DNA from: Dehalococcoidia bacterium | Lineage (GTDB): Bacteria > Chloroflexota > Dehalococcoidia > GIF9 > UBA5629 | Length of the DNA stretch: 64,000 nucleotides | Assembly: GCA_016930155.1 (NCBI GenBank) | Contig: JAFGHL010000018.1 | Span: forward strand, 283 to 64,282 | Reading direction: 5' to 3' | In this document: in pieces, positions 10,054-20,479 of the stretch | Layout: every line of letters begins with the position of its first letter | Position numbering within the stretch: the stretch's first letter is position 1 | The notes under the pieces: generated by a model | Told to the model about the DNA's origin: nothing | Seen by the model: the letters and a program-made list of their open reading frames with translations, nothing else | The model's database searches: none | Made by a program: the position numbers and the translations under genes

Positions 10054-10082
10054 AGTTTAACACAAAAGGGTTGCAGCTACAA
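10054..10082 (-). promoter_or_regulatory. Putative sigma70-type promoter for trpS (-35 TTGTAG, 17 nt spacer, -10 TAAACT)
   Basis: Read on the minus strand: TTGTAG (10082-10077), a 17-nt spacer, TAAACT (10059-10054). The -10 ends 11 nt before the ATG at 10042 and no SD is present, suggesting a very short or absent leader. Confidence 0.4.
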
Positions 10083-10098
10083 AATATGGACAGAGACG

Positions 10099-10163
10099 CG
10101 GGCGGGTTTGAAAACCCGCCCCTACGAATATATTGTGGGGGCGCACCTTCAGGTGCGCCCCCA
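10099..10163 (-). terminator. Tandem GC-rich hairpins (REP-like) directly after the argS stop; likely argS terminator
   Basis: 12-bp perfect stem TGGGGGCGCACC/GGTGCGCCCCCA with TTCA loop (10136-10163) abutting the argS stop. Second hairpin GGCGGGTTT/AAACCCGCC at 10100-10121. On the minus-strand transcript the first hairpin is followed by the U-rich ACAAUAUAUU. Confidence 0.6.
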
Positions 10164-10164
10164 A

Positions 10165-11823
10165 TCACATGCTGTCCGGCGCGGTCATACCCATCATGTG
10201 GAGCGTCCCGGCCAGGACTATTTGTGCCGCCAGCACCAGCTTCAGCCTGGCAGCCGTAAGGTCGGCGTCTTCCGATATAACCCGGCACTGCTTGTAGAAC
10301 GAGTGAAAGACCGTGGCCAGGTCCTGTGCGTAGAACGGCAGGTGATGGGGTTGGCGCGATAGCGCTACGGTCTCGACTATCTCCGGCATCCTGACCATGC
10401 TGCGTATCAGTGTCAACTCGGGCTCGGCTGTCAGCAGGCTTGTATCGCCTTTACTGAAATCAATCCCTTTCTCAGCCGCATTGCGCAGGATGCTGCTGAT
10501 GCGCGCGTGCGCGTATTGCACGTAGTAGACAGGGTTGTCGGCGGATTGTTTTATGGCCAGCTCCAGGTCGAAATCCATCTGGCTGTCGGCCGAGCGCGAA
10601 AGGAAGACGAAGCGGCAGGCGTCGGGACCCGCCTCCTCCAGCAGTTCGCGCAGCGTGATAATATCGCCGCTCCTCTTAGAGATTTTAACCGCCTCTTTAC
10701 CGCGCCTTAAGGTCACAAGCTGGCAAATAATTATCTCGAGCCTTTCGGGATCGATGCCCAGCGCATTTAATACCACCTTCATGCGCTGCACATGGCCCTG
10801 GTGATCGGCGCCCCAGATGTCGATTACATTGTCGAACTTCCTGACGGCGAACTTGTCGTAATGATAGGCGATATCCGAGGCGAAATAGGTGGGTGTGCCG
10901 TCGGAACGCACCAGTACATTGTCTTTGTCCTCCCCCAATGTGGACGAAGCAAACCAGGTCGCATTTTCCCTGTCTACTATATAGTTGCCATCACGCAGCA
11001 TTTGCATCGTGCTATCATAGCGACCGCTCTTAAACAGGCTCTGCTCGCTGAACCACACGTCGAAGGTCACCCCCAGCGTCTCAAGATCCTGCCTGATCTG
11101 TTGCATCTCCATTTCTATCCCTATCTTCCCGATCTCCTCAATCGCACGGTCCTCCGGCATAGTGGCGAATTTATCACCCCATTGTCCGACGAGTTCTCTT
11201 GCCAGGTCCACCAGATAATTGCCATGGTATCCATTGACCGGCACCTCGGCTTCCTTACCCAGGGCCTCCATGTAGCGAGCATATAATGACCGATAGAATG
11301 CCTCGAGCTGGCTGCCAGCATCATTGACGTAATACTCCGTAGAAACCCTGTAGCCCGCCGCTTTCAGGACGTTGGCCAGCGTGCTGCCCAGCACGGCGCC
11401 CCTGCCATGTCCCACATGCAGAGGGCCGGTGGGATTGCCGCTGACGAACTCGATCTGAACGCTTTCATCCTTGATCTGTATGTTGCCGTAGGCCTCTCCG
11501 GCCCGGCAGATAACGTCCACCTGGCCGGCCAGCCATTTTTGACTCAATGTAAAGTTGATAAACCCGGGGGGCACTGCGGCGACTTTCTCAAAATCGCTGT
11601 CCGGGGGCAGATTTTTCACTAGTGCTGCAGCGATGTCCATAGGCTTCGTGCCGGTCAGCCGTGCCAGTTTGAGCGGAAGACTGCTGGCATAGTCACCATG
11701 CTCCGGTCGGGCAGGCCGCTCAATGGTTATCTCCGGCAGGCTTGATCTCTCCACCAATCCTTTGTCACAGGCCTGGGCGAAGGCCTGCTCCAGAATTGCA
11801 GCCAGGCGTTTTCTAAAAGTCAT
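10165..11823 (-). CDS. argS: Arginine--tRNA ligase
   Basis: 552 aa; HIGH-type [11 protein letters not shown]; KISKRSG (KMSK-type); typical C-terminal DALR domain ending in M. Confidence 0.97.
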   Translation of the reverse strand: MTFRKRLAAILEQAFAQACDKGLVERSSLPEITIERPARPEHGDYASSLPLKLARLTGTKPMDIAAALVKNLPPDSDFEKVAAVPPGFINFTLSQKWLAGQVDVICRAGEAYGNIQIKDESVQIEFVSGNPTGPLHVGHGRGAVLGSTLANVLKAAGYRVSTEYYVNDAGSQLEAFYRSLYARYMEALGKEAEVPVNGYHGNYLVDLARELVGQWGDKFATMPEDRAIEEIGKIGIEMEMQQIRQDLETLGVTFDVWFSEQSLFKSGRYDSTMQMLRDGNYIVDRENATWFASSTLGEDKDNVLVRSDGTPTYFASDIAYHYDKFAVRKFDNVIDIWGADHQGHVQRMKVVLNALGIDPERLEIIICQLVTLRRGKEAVKISKRSGDIITLRELLEEAGPDACRFVFLSRSADSQMDFDLELAIKQSADNPVYYVQYAHARISSILRNAAEKGIDFSKGDTSLLTAEPELTLIRSMVRMPEIVETVALSRQPHHLPFYAQDLATVFHSFYKQCRVISEDADLTAARLKLVLAAQIVLAGTLHMMGMTAPDSM

Positions 11824-11891
11824 TTAATCCCCCGAATATATCAGCGAAATTTTCCCGGGAACATACGGGTTCCCGCCGAGAAAGTAATATT

Positions 11892-14363
11892 TTAATTGTT
11901 TTCTATGCTTTTATGCCAGATTCTATGATATTCCAGTGCTAAAAGCCTGTTTTCAGCTGCTGACAGTTCCGGATCTTTCTCAAAAATTATAATGGCCTCC
12001 CTGCGCGCCATCTCCAGCAGGCGTGTATCCGATAACCTGGCCATTTTCAGGTCGGGCAGGCCGCTCTGCCTGGTACCGAAGAACTCGCCGGGCCCTCGAA
12101 GCTCAAGATCTCTTTCTGCCAAAGCAAAGCCGTCTGTCAACTCCTCAATGGCTTTCAACCTCTCCTGTCCGTACTCCGAGGGATTCTCCGACATCAGTAT
12201 ACAATAGCTCTGAACCTCACCCCTTCCAACCCTCCCCCTGAACTGGTGCAGTTGAGAGAGGCCGAATCGGTCAGCCGCCTCAATCAGCATCACTGTGGCA
12301 TTAGGCACATCTATGCCGACCTCTACCACCGAAGTGGAGACCAGTATATCCAGCCGACCTGCCTTGAAATCGCGCATGACGGATTCCTTGTCGGCATTTT
12401 TCAGCCTGCCATGCAGTAATCCCAATCTTAGATCGGGGAAAACCTCCATCGACAGGCGCTTGTATTCCGCTACCGCCGCCTTAACGTCCAGACTCTCGGA
12501 TTCCTCAATCAAAGGGCAAATAATGAAGGATTGGCGTCCCTCGGCGACCTGCTTTTTTATGAAATTGTATGCGCGCTGGCGATCCTCCGGCTTCAGCCAG
12601 CGTGTTTTGATTGCCCGCCGTCCGGCCGGCATTTCGTCTATGGTCGAGATGTCCAGATCGCCGAAGAGTGTCAACGCCAGCGTCCTTGGTATGGGTGTGG
12701 CTGTCATAACCAGAAGATGCGGATTGTATCCTTTCTGCTTTAAAGCTGAGCGCTGCAGCACTCCGAAGCGGTGTTGTTCGTCTATTACGGCCAGCCCCAG
12801 GGAAGCAAATTTGACCTCTCTCTGTACCAGCGCATGAGTACCCACAACGATGTCCACCGATCCCCGCTTTATCAGTCCATGCGTCCCGGCCTTATCCCCG
12901 GCAGCCAGGCTGCCCGTTAGAAGAACGATCCTGATCTCGCGGCCCATGATCCCTTTGAAGACACAAATATTCGATTCCGCATTGCTATCCTCTGAAATGG
13001 CCGACAGCAGCTTCTGTAAGGTCGAGAAATGCTGCTCCGCCAGTATCTCGGTCGGCGCCATCATTGCGCCCTGGCAGCCGTTGGTCACCGCAGCCAGCAG
13101 CGCCACGGTGGCCACCACCGTCTTGCCGCTACCCACGTCGCCCTGCAGCAAGCGCGACATGGGTACTTCACGCTCAAGATCTCCACATATCTCGTCTATG
13201 ACCCTGACCTGTGCCGATGTCAATTTGAAGGGCAGCGCTTGGACGAACCCTTGAATTTCTTTCCGCTTTATCCGGAACCCCCGTCCGGGCTGCTCCTCCT
13301 GCCAGTCGCGTTTCTTATTGAGTACACCGATCTGCAGCAGGAAAAGCTCATCGAAAGCCAGCCGCTGCCGCGACTTATTCTGCGCGGCATAGTCAGAGGG
13401 GTAATGCGCATGCATTACCGCATCCCGCAGGTCCATCAGCCCACAGCGCTGCCGAACGGGCAAAGGCAGAAATTCGGGCAGAACTACAAGATATCCATCC
13501 AGTGCGTTTCTTACCATAGCCCTCACCTGTCTGGGAAAAAGGCCGCTCGTCAGGGGATAGACAGGTACCAGGCGACCGGTATGCAGGAGCTCCCGGTCGT
13601 CAACAACCTCCCACTCGGGATTCTCAAAAACCTTACCGTAATTGAATTGACTGACTCTTCCGCTGACCGCTATTTTAGTATTGACTTTGAGCTGTTTGCC
13701 CACCCAGGGCTGGTTAAACCACACCGCGCGAATATTACCGGTCTCATCACCCAGGACGGCCTCGCTGCTTTTCATGCGGCCCAGCATGACCTGGCGGGCC
13801 TCCCACACATCGACAAATATGGTCTGCTCTTTGCCTGTTTCAAGCGTAGATACGGTGCAGCGCCGGCTGAAGTCCAGAAAACGCCGCGGGAAGAAATAGA
13901 GAAGGTCCCTTACGCTGTATACACCCAGCCTGGCCAACCGTGCTGCAACCGCATCGCCTATACCTTTTATCCTGGATGCCGACAGATCGAGAGATTCGAC
14001 TGACGCAGCAATGGTCACCGCCTTACCCGACGCAGTCGTCTTCGGTTTCTGTATAGGAGCTTTCACCGTCTGTGTTTTATCTTTAGGCAAGATATCCGCG
14101 CGATCCAGTTCTCTCAACACCAGCTCCACCCATTGTTGCCTCTCACAGATATTCTTTTCAGCGTAGGAAGACGTGCCGAGCAGCAGCGTTATAAATTGCG
14201 GCCGGGATAAAAAATAATCGCGGCCAGGAGGGTTTTGTGAAATCAACCTGGCCACGAATTTGTCGAGGCCTCCGATAACCGCGCGGTTGGCATAACCGCT
14301 TCCGGCTTCCAAATTCAATACGGCTCTGATAGTGGCGACGCTTTCACCATAAGGCTGTGTCAT
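11892..14363 (-). CDS. recG: ATP-dependent DNA helicase RecG
   Basis: Walker A GDVGSGKT, DEQH box (VIDEQHRFG), TATPIPRT, QLHQFRGRVGRG; 823 aa with a long N-terminal extension. Confidence 0.95.
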   Translation of the reverse strand: MTQPYGESVATIRAVLNLEAGSGYANRAVIGGLDKFVARLISQNPPGRDYFLSRPQFITLLLGTSSYAEKNICERQQWVELVLRELDRADILPKDKTQTVKAPIQKPKTTASGKAVTIAASVESLDLSASRIKGIGDAVAARLARLGVYSVRDLLYFFPRRFLDFSRRCTVSTLETGKEQTIFVDVWEARQVMLGRMKSSEAVLGDETGNIRAVWFNQPWVGKQLKVNTKIAVSGRVSQFNYGKVFENPEWEVVDDRELLHTGRLVPVYPLTSGLFPRQVRAMVRNALDGYLVVLPEFLPLPVRQRCGLMDLRDAVMHAHYPSDYAAQNKSRQRLAFDELFLLQIGVLNKKRDWQEEQPGRGFRIKRKEIQGFVQALPFKLTSAQVRVIDEICGDLEREVPMSRLLQGDVGSGKTVVATVALLAAVTNGCQGAMMAPTEILAEQHFSTLQKLLSAISEDSNAESNICVFKGIMGREIRIVLLTGSLAAGDKAGTHGLIKRGSVDIVVGTHALVQREVKFASLGLAVIDEQHRFGVLQRSALKQKGYNPHLLVMTATPIPRTLALTLFGDLDISTIDEMPAGRRAIKTRWLKPEDRQRAYNFIKKQVAEGRQSFIICPLIEESESLDVKAAVAEYKRLSMEVFPDLRLGLLHGRLKNADKESVMRDFKAGRLDILVSTSVVEVGIDVPNATVMLIEAADRFGLSQLHQFRGRVGRGEVQSYCILMSENPSEYGQERLKAIEELTDGFALAERDLELRGPGEFFGTRQSGLPDLKMARLSDTRLLEMARREAIIIFEKDPELSAAENRLLALEYHRIWHKSIENN

Positions 14364-14396
14364 GGACGCCGCTTTTATACACTTTATTCACGGGAG

Positions 14397-15233
14397 CTAT
14401 TTGCCCTCGATAAAATTCACACAGAGTACATGAGGCCCGACGTGGGCGCCGATCACCGAATTGACCGTGCTGAAAACGGTTTTCTCCCTGGGATAAAACT
14501 CGGCAACCCTCTTGGCCAGTATCTCCAGATCATCCGGTGTGGTGGCGTGCTGCAGCATAAGAGCCTCGATCCTGTTGGCGCCCTTGACCATGTTGACCAG
14601 AGCATCGATAGCCTGGGTCCTGCTCCTGGTCCGCTGTACCGGCGTTACAATGCCTTCGCGCAATGTCAGTATGGGAGTTACCTTGAGCAATCCACCCAGC
14701 AGGGCTTGTGCGCGTCCGATCCTGCCGCCCTTGCGCAGGTACTCCAGCGTGTCAAAGACCATATATGAATGGGATCGGGAGCACATGTCCTTCACGGATG
14801 CAACGATATCATCCAGCCTGGCGCCTCCCTGGATCATTTCCGCTGATTTGATGACGGGCAGGCCCAATCCGCCGCAGGTCTGTAGCGAATCCACAATCTC
14901 GATTTTGCAGATATCACCCACCAGAGCCTTGGCCTGGATGGCGCTCTCGTAAGTCGCGCTGATCTTGCTGGAGAAAAGTATCACCAGTATCTGATCGGTT
15001 TCCTTGGATAACCGGGTAAACATCTCGGAAAAGTATCCCGGTGACTGCGCGGAAGTTGTGGGGTGAACTTTGGACTCCACCAGCTTCTTGTAAAACTGCT
15101 CCGCATTTATGTCTATCCCGTCCCGGTAAGTCTCATTGCCGAAAAGTACATTGATAGGCACGATGTTGATGCTGTACTTTTTAATGATATCTGCCGGGAT
15201 ATCACAGGTGCTGTCGGTAACAAGTTTAATCAT
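14397..15233 (-). CDS. DegV family fatty-acid-binding protein
   Basis: 278 aa; MIKLVTDSTCDIP N-terminus typical of DegV. Sits next to a DAK2/YloV gene as in Firmicutes-type synteny. Confidence 0.88.
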   Translation of the reverse strand: MIKLVTDSTCDIPADIIKKYSINIVPINVLFGNETYRDGIDINAEQFYKKLVESKVHPTTSAQSPGYFSEMFTRLSKETDQILVILFSSKISATYESAIQAKALVGDICKIEIVDSLQTCGGLGLPVIKSAEMIQGGARLDDIVASVKDMCSRSHSYMVFDTLEYLRKGGRIGRAQALLGGLLKVTPILTLREGIVTPVQRTRSRTQAIDALVNMVKGANRIEALMLQHATTPDDLEILAKRVAEFYPREKTVFSTVNSVIGAHVGPHVLCVNFIEGK

Positions 15234-15251
15234 ACCTTAACCTCCCTTAGC

Positions 15252-16880
15252 TTATTCCAGAGATACTATGTAAAAATAGTGGGGCTGTCCCCCACTGACC
15301 AACTCGATCTGTTTGCCAGGATACTTTTCCTTTAACCCTCTGACCACCTCCTCAGCCTGCGCGGCCTGCAAATCAGCGCCATAATATATTGTAATCATTT
15401 CGACCGCACTAACCCCGCCTTTGTCAAGGCTCCGTAAAAACACGTCCTGAACATCGTCACCGGCCGCTACAAGTTCCGTATCATCGATGATGCCGATAGC
15501 CTGACCTTCTTTTATCTTCAAGCCATGTATCTGGGTTGATCTGGCCGCGGTAGTGACCTCCACTGTTTTGACCGATTTAACGGCATCGGTCATGGACTGA
15601 ATATTCTCTTCCAGTGTGCTCTCGTAATTAAAAACCATCAAGGCCGTAATTCCCTGGGGCATTGTCCGAGTTGGAATAACCTCCACCGACTTCCTGGTCA
15701 ACTCCTTGATCTGGGAGGCTGTCAGTATGATGTTTTTATTATTGGGCAGCAATATGACCTTATCCGGTTCTACGGCTTCCACGGCAGCCAGTATCTCCTT
15801 AACGCTGGGATTCATGGTCTGCCCACCTTTCACCACCACGGCGCCCAGGCTCTCGTATAGCTTAATCATGCCTGCGCCGAAGGCAACAGCTACCACTGCT
15901 ATTTCCATCGGCATGGCCTTTTGCCTCTGCATCTCCTTGAATCCGACATGCTGGTCGTCCATATTCTGTATCTGTATCTGATGAAGAGTCCCCAGAGTGG
16001 TAGCGTAGGCCAGTATACCCCCAGGATCGTACGAGTGAATATGCACGCGCACGGCCGTCTCATCACCTGCCACCACCAGTGATTGCCCCCTGTCCTCGAG
16101 TTTGCGTCGGATCTTCTCGGGATCCAAATCAGTACCCTCGAGCAGGAAATTGGTGCAGTAGCCGTAGGCTTCTTCCTCGTCTGATGAGATTACGTGAACA
16201 TTCGTGGTCGCCGTGATATTGGCGCTGACCATCTGGGGTTTGCGGAACTGCAGGTCCTCCAGCTCACCTTTAAGATATCTCAGAGCGCCATCCATCAATA
16301 TATATAATCCCTGGCCACCGGCATCTACCACGCCGGCTTCCATCAGCACGGGCAGCAGAGTTGGAGTCCTGGCGACAGACTCACGAGCTTCCTTGACCGT
16401 CTCATCGATAATGGCCACCAGGTCATCAGGGTGCTTGTCCGCATACTGCTGGCCTGTGCCTGCGGCATCCCCTATAACCGTCAGTATAGTGCCCTCGACT
16501 GGATTGGAAAGCCCCTCCCGCGCTGTCTTGGCCGCCTGCACCAGCGCCGCGGCCCAGTCCGTACCGTTGAATTGAGCTTTCCCGTCAAATCCCTTGGCCA
16601 TGCCTCGAAAAATCTGGGCCAGGATCACGCCGGAGTTGCCCCTGGCGCCGAGAAGCGCTCCGTGGGCCATGGCTTTGGCCATTACACCCACAGTAGCATC
16701 GGTAGCTCTGTCAGCTTCTTCGATAACCGACCTGAGGGTAAGCAGCATGTTAGTGCCCGTATCGCCATCGGGAACCGGAAATACGTTGATGGCATTGACC
16801 TCGGCGACGCTTTTCTCCAGCCAATTGCTGCCGGCCGCAAACATATCTCTGAGGTCTTTGCCGTCCCAGGACTGTTTCAT
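15252..16880 (-). CDS. DAK2 domain fusion protein (YloV-like)
   Basis: 542 aa. N-terminal Dak2 domain (PDGDTGTNM, RGNSGVIL). Divergent from rpmB and upstream of recG, the conserved rpmB/yloV/recG neighbourhood. Confidence 0.88.
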   Translation of the reverse strand: MKQSWDGKDLRDMFAAGSNWLEKSVAEVNAINVFPVPDGDTGTNMLLTLRSVIEEADRATDATVGVMAKAMAHGALLGARGNSGVILAQIFRGMAKGFDGKAQFNGTDWAAALVQAAKTAREGLSNPVEGTILTVIGDAAGTGQQYADKHPDDLVAIIDETVKEARESVARTPTLLPVLMEAGVVDAGGQGLYILMDGALRYLKGELEDLQFRKPQMVSANITATTNVHVISSDEEEAYGYCTNFLLEGTDLDPEKIRRKLEDRGQSLVVAGDETAVRVHIHSYDPGGILAYATTLGTLHQIQIQNMDDQHVGFKEMQRQKAMPMEIAVVAVAFGAGMIKLYESLGAVVVKGGQTMNPSVKEILAAVEAVEPDKVILLPNNKNIILTASQIKELTRKSVEVIPTRTMPQGITALMVFNYESTLEENIQSMTDAVKSVKTVEVTTAARSTQIHGLKIKEGQAIGIIDDTELVAAGDDVQDVFLRSLDKGGVSAVEMITIYYGADLQAAQAEEVVRGLKEKYPGKQIELVSGGQPHYFYIVSLE

Positions 16881-16965
16881 CTGTCTCCTTTCAACATTTT
16901 GAACGTTGTGGTATTATATATCATTCTTACTCGGAATTCGCAAAGTATCGGAAAGAGGTTATAAA

Positions 16966-17154
16966 TTGGCTATCAAATGTGATATCTGCGGAAAAACGCT
17001 GCGTTTCGGCAACAGGATCAGCCACTCTAAACAGCATACCAGGCGGACATGGCTTCCTAATGTTCAGCCGACGACATTTAACATTAACGGGGCCGCCGTC
17101 CGGCTCAACCTGTGTACCAGGTGCATCAGGACCAGAAACAAGGTCTCCCGCTAA
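16966..17154 (+). CDS. rpmB: 50S ribosomal protein L28
   Basis: AIKCDICGKTLRFGNRISHSKQHTRRTWLPNVQ is a typical L28. Start moved to TTG 16966 (in frame with the track ORF), with AAGAGG 8 nt upstream. Confidence 0.9.
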   Translation: MAIKCDICGKTLRFGNRISHSKQHTRRTWLPNVQPTTFNINGAAVRLNLCTRCIRTRNKVSR

Positions 17155-17819
17155 CATACAGATTTCCTCAGTTCTTTTATAGCTGCGCCTATACCCAGAC
17201 TTGAATTAAGAATGGCGGAACCGGCCACCAGGACATCCGCACCGGCGCTAACAGCAATAGGGGCCGTCACGGTGGTTATCCCGCCATCAACCTCGAGCTC
17301 GGCACTGGATTTCCTATTATAGAGTATCCGTCTCAGCCTGACTATTTTGTCGGCCATTCCCGCGATGAACTGTTGCCCACCGAAACCCGGATTAACTGTC
17401 ATCAACAGCAACAAATCGGCCAGGGGCAAGACCTCGTCCAACGAGGACAGGGGCGTGGCCGGATTGAGCGAGATGCCTGCTTTTATCCCCAGCTTCTTGA
17501 TGCTGTTAAGTGTGCCATCCAGGTGAGGGCATGCTTCAACATGCACCGTGAGGATATCGGCGCCCGCCCCGGCAAACTTATCAATAAATAACTCGGGTTT
17601 CTCAATCATAAGGTGGACGTCCAGCGGAACATCCGTGATCTTGCGCAGCGATTCAACCACCGGCAGGCCAATGGATATATTGGGTACGAAATGGCCGTCC
17701 ATGACGTCCACATGTATATAGTCCACGCCCGCAGCAGCAGCCTCGCGCACCTGCTCTCCCAGACGGCTGAAATCCGCTGAAAGTATGGAAAGGGCTATTT
17801 TAACTTTGTTTTTTTTCAT
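17151..17819 (-). CDS. rpe: Ribulose-phosphate 3-epimerase
   Basis: HVDVMDGHFVPN and VDGGI motifs; 222 aa. Overlaps the argH 3-prime end by 20 nt. Confidence 0.95.
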   Translation of the reverse strand: MKKNKVKIALSILSADFSRLGEQVREAAAAGVDYIHVDVMDGHFVPNISIGLPVVESLRKITDVPLDVHLMIEKPELFIDKFAGAGADILTVHVEACPHLDGTLNSIKKLGIKAGISLNPATPLSSLDEVLPLADLLLLMTVNPGFGGQQFIAGMADKIVRLRRILYNRKSSAELEVDGGITTVTAPIAVSAGADVLVAGSAILNSSLGIGAAIKELRKSVC

Positions 17820-19200
17820 ATCCCCTGATGACGTCCCTGGCTCTTTCTATGCTCTTTTTAACCTCGACGGTGGCCGTGCCGCCCTGAGATGACTTCGCCT
17901 CCACAGATTTTTGCAGTGTGATGGCCAGCACATCTTTATCAAATAGCTTCGAAAATCCCCGGTATTCTCTGATATCCAATTCGTTCAACTCCCTGTTATT
18001 GTCAACCGCATAGGTGACAAGCCTGCTTACCACGTCGTGCGCCTCACGGAACGACAGCCCCTTTTTTACCAGGTAATCAGCCATGTCGGTGGCCAAAATG
18101 TAGCTCTGCATGGAGTACTTCATCCTGGCGGCGTTTATTCTTATGGAAGACACAATACCCGATACTATATCCAAACTGGAAATGAGAGTGTCCACCGTAT
18201 CGAAAAGACTCTCTTTATCCTCCTGGAGGTCGCGGTTGTAGGCCAGTGGCAGGCCCTTCATCACGGTCAGCATAGCCATCAGATGGCCATACACCCTGCC
18301 GGTTTTCCCTCTGGCAAGCTCGGCTGCATCCGGATTCTTTTTCTGCGGCATGATGCTGCTGCTGGTTGCATAGGCGTCGCCGACTTCAATGAATCCAAAC
18401 TCGGCCGTCGACCAGATTATGATCTCCTCTGCCATCCTCGAGAGGTGCATCATGGCAATGGCAGCAGCCGACTCGAACTCTATGATGAAATCGCGGTCGG
18501 AGACTGCATCGATACTGTTGGCGCTGATATCGTCAAATCCCAGCTTCCCCGCAATGAACTCCCTGTCCACCGGGTAGGGCAGACCGGCCAGCGCGCCGCT
18601 GCCCAGGGGCATGATATTGATGCGGCTGAGGCAGCTTTCAAATCTCTGTATATCCCGGCTGAACATCTGGAAATAAGCCATCACGTGATGCGAGAAAAGC
18701 ACCGGCTGGGCCTGCTGCAGATGCGTGTATCCAGGCATGATTACCTTGATGTTCTTTTCAGCGATATCCACAAGCTGTGAGTTAAATCTCTGCAGGGCCT
18801 CGAGAACTTTCCAGGCTGCCCTGCGGGCGTAAAGCCGCATATCAAGGGCTACCTGGTCGTTGCGCGACCTGGCCGTGTGCAGCTTTCCCGCCGTATCGCC
18901 GATCAGTTCAAACAGACGGCTTTCGATGTTCATGTGGATATCTTCCAACTCGAGTTTGAACTGGAACCGGCCGCTTTCGATCTCCTTCATGATGGAATGC
19001 AGCCCGTCCCGGATGCTGGTATAATCGCTTCTGGTTATGATCTTCTGCCGCGCCAGCATCTCGGCATGCGCCAGGCTGCCTTCGATATCATGTCTGTGGA
19101 GCCGCCAGTCATAAGGAAGCGAAGCCAGGTAATGCTGGACGGCTTCGTTGATATCCTCTTTAAACCTGCCCCGTAACCTTGCCTCTTTTTTAACTCCCAT
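17800..19200 (-). CDS. argH: Argininosuccinate lyase
   Basis: Fumarate-lyase signature SSIMPQKKNPD; 466 aa. Confidence 0.97.
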   Translation of the reverse strand: MGVKKEARLRGRFKEDINEAVQHYLASLPYDWRLHRHDIEGSLAHAEMLARQKIITRSDYTSIRDGLHSIMKEIESGRFQFKLELEDIHMNIESRLFELIGDTAGKLHTARSRNDQVALDMRLYARRAAWKVLEALQRFNSQLVDIAEKNIKVIMPGYTHLQQAQPVLFSHHVMAYFQMFSRDIQRFESCLSRINIMPLGSGALAGLPYPVDREFIAGKLGFDDISANSIDAVSDRDFIIEFESAAAIAMMHLSRMAEEIIIWSTAEFGFIEVGDAYATSSSIMPQKKNPDAAELARGKTGRVYGHLMAMLTVMKGLPLAYNRDLQEDKESLFDTVDTLISSLDIVSGIVSSIRINAARMKYSMQSYILATDMADYLVKKGLSFREAHDVVSRLVTYAVDNNRELNELDIREYRGFSKLFDKDVLAITLQKSVEAKSSQGGTATVEVKKSIERARDVIRGYEKKQS

Positions 19201-19217
19201 CCTTCTCCCGCCGTACT

Positions 19218-20477
19218 TTATTTCTTCGCCTTATCTTTTCTGCTCTTCTTACCGCTCTTGAGCGGGGCGAATCCTATGACCTGTGCCTGCGCCTGTATCT
19301 TGAGCGGCAGGCCCCAGATACGTATAAAGCTGGCCGAATCGCTCTGGTCGAAAAGATCGCCACGATCGTAGGTCGCCAGCTGGAAACTGTAAAGCGAGTG
19401 CGGCGATTTACGCCCGACGATGACGCAGTTGCCCTTGTGCATTTTAACCCTTATGGTTCCGGATACATACCTCTGAGAGCTGTCTATGTAGGCATCCAGG
19501 TCTTCCCTTTGATTGGAGAACCACAGACCGTTATAGATGAGATCCGAATACTCCTGTGCCACCCGCTCCTTGTATCTGAGCTGGTGCCTGGTCAGCGTCA
19601 TGGCTTCGAGCGCGAGGTGGGATTTTAAAATCACTATGGCAGCCGGAGCCTCGTAGTTCTCCCTGGATTTAATGCCCACCAGGCGACTTTCCATATGGTC
19701 GATCCTGCCTATGCCGTTGCGCCCGGCCATTACATTGAGCTTTTCGATCAGGGGCAACCCCTCCATCTTCTTGCCATTAAGGCTGACAGGCAAGCCTTCT
19801 TCAAATCCGATCTCTACGTATTCAGCCCTGTCGGGCGCGTCTGCAGGGGACCTGGTCCACTCGTATATATCCTCGGGCGGCTCGTTCCAGGGGTTTTCGA
19901 GAATGCCGCATTCAATGCTGCGGCCCCACGGGTTTTCATCGATGGAGTATGGACGGTCTATCTTGACCGGCACAGGTATCTTGTGCCGCTGGGCGTATTC
20001 AATGGTCTCGTCCCTGGTCATGCCCCACTCGCGTGCAGGTGCGATGATCCTGAGGTCGGGCCCCAGCGCCAGCACACTGACATCGAAGCGAACCTGGTCG
20101 TTGCCCTTGCCGGTCGACCCGTGCGCAACAGCGGTGGCCCCCTCCATATGCGCCAGATCTACCAGCAGCTTGGCCATGAGCGGACGGCCCAGCGCAGTGG
20201 CCAGCGGATACTGCCCCTCATACAACGCATCGGCTTTAACGGCCTTGAAAACGTAATCCTCGATGAATTCGTCCCTCGCATCCACAGCGAATGATTTGAC
20301 CGCCCCCAGCTTTAAGGCCTTCTGCCTGATTCCATCTACATCCCTGACACCGCCGATATTAACGCAAAGCGTGATGACATCCATCTTGTAGTTGTCTGCC
20401 AGCCACTTGATGGCCACGGATGTGTCCAGTCCGCCGCTGTAGGCCAGGACAACCTTACCCCTTGCTTTTTTCACCAT
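19218..20477 (-). CDS. argG: Argininosuccinate synthase
   Basis: AYSGGLDTS PP-loop; 419 aa. Confidence 0.97.
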   Translation of the reverse strand: MVKKARGKVVLAYSGGLDTSVAIKWLADNYKMDVITLCVNIGGVRDVDGIRQKALKLGAVKSFAVDARDEFIEDYVFKAVKADALYEGQYPLATALGRPLMAKLLVDLAHMEGATAVAHGSTGKGNDQVRFDVSVLALGPDLRIIAPAREWGMTRDETIEYAQRHKIPVPVKIDRPYSIDENPWGRSIECGILENPWNEPPEDIYEWTRSPADAPDRAEYVEIGFEEGLPVSLNGKKMEGLPLIEKLNVMAGRNGIGRIDHMESRLVGIKSRENYEAPAAIVILKSHLALEAMTLTRHQLRYKERVAQEYSDLIYNGLWFSNQREDLDAYIDSSQRYVSGTIRVKMHKGNCVIVGRKSPHSLYSFQLATYDRGDLFDQSDSASFIRIWGLPLKIQAQAQVIGFAPLKSGKKSRKDKAKK

Positions 20478-20479
20478 TT

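Noticed and set aside
10043-10164. Possible T-box or attenuator leader upstream of trpS, or between argS and trpS.
   Set aside because: The region is only about 120 nt, far shorter than a T-box. It has no specifier-loop or T-box sequence that I can see. The hairpins are copies of a dispersed repeat and sit upstream of the putative trpS promoter.
10043-10288. 82-aa N-terminal extension of the trpS ORF, and similarly the 134-aa extension of holA (34913..35314) and the extensions of hisB, purE, rpmB, modA and the NfeD gene.
   Set aside because: The extensions overlap neighbouring genes or repeat elements, have odd composition, and precede internal starts that give canonical family N-termini, often with a good RBS. 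I used the trimmed starts.
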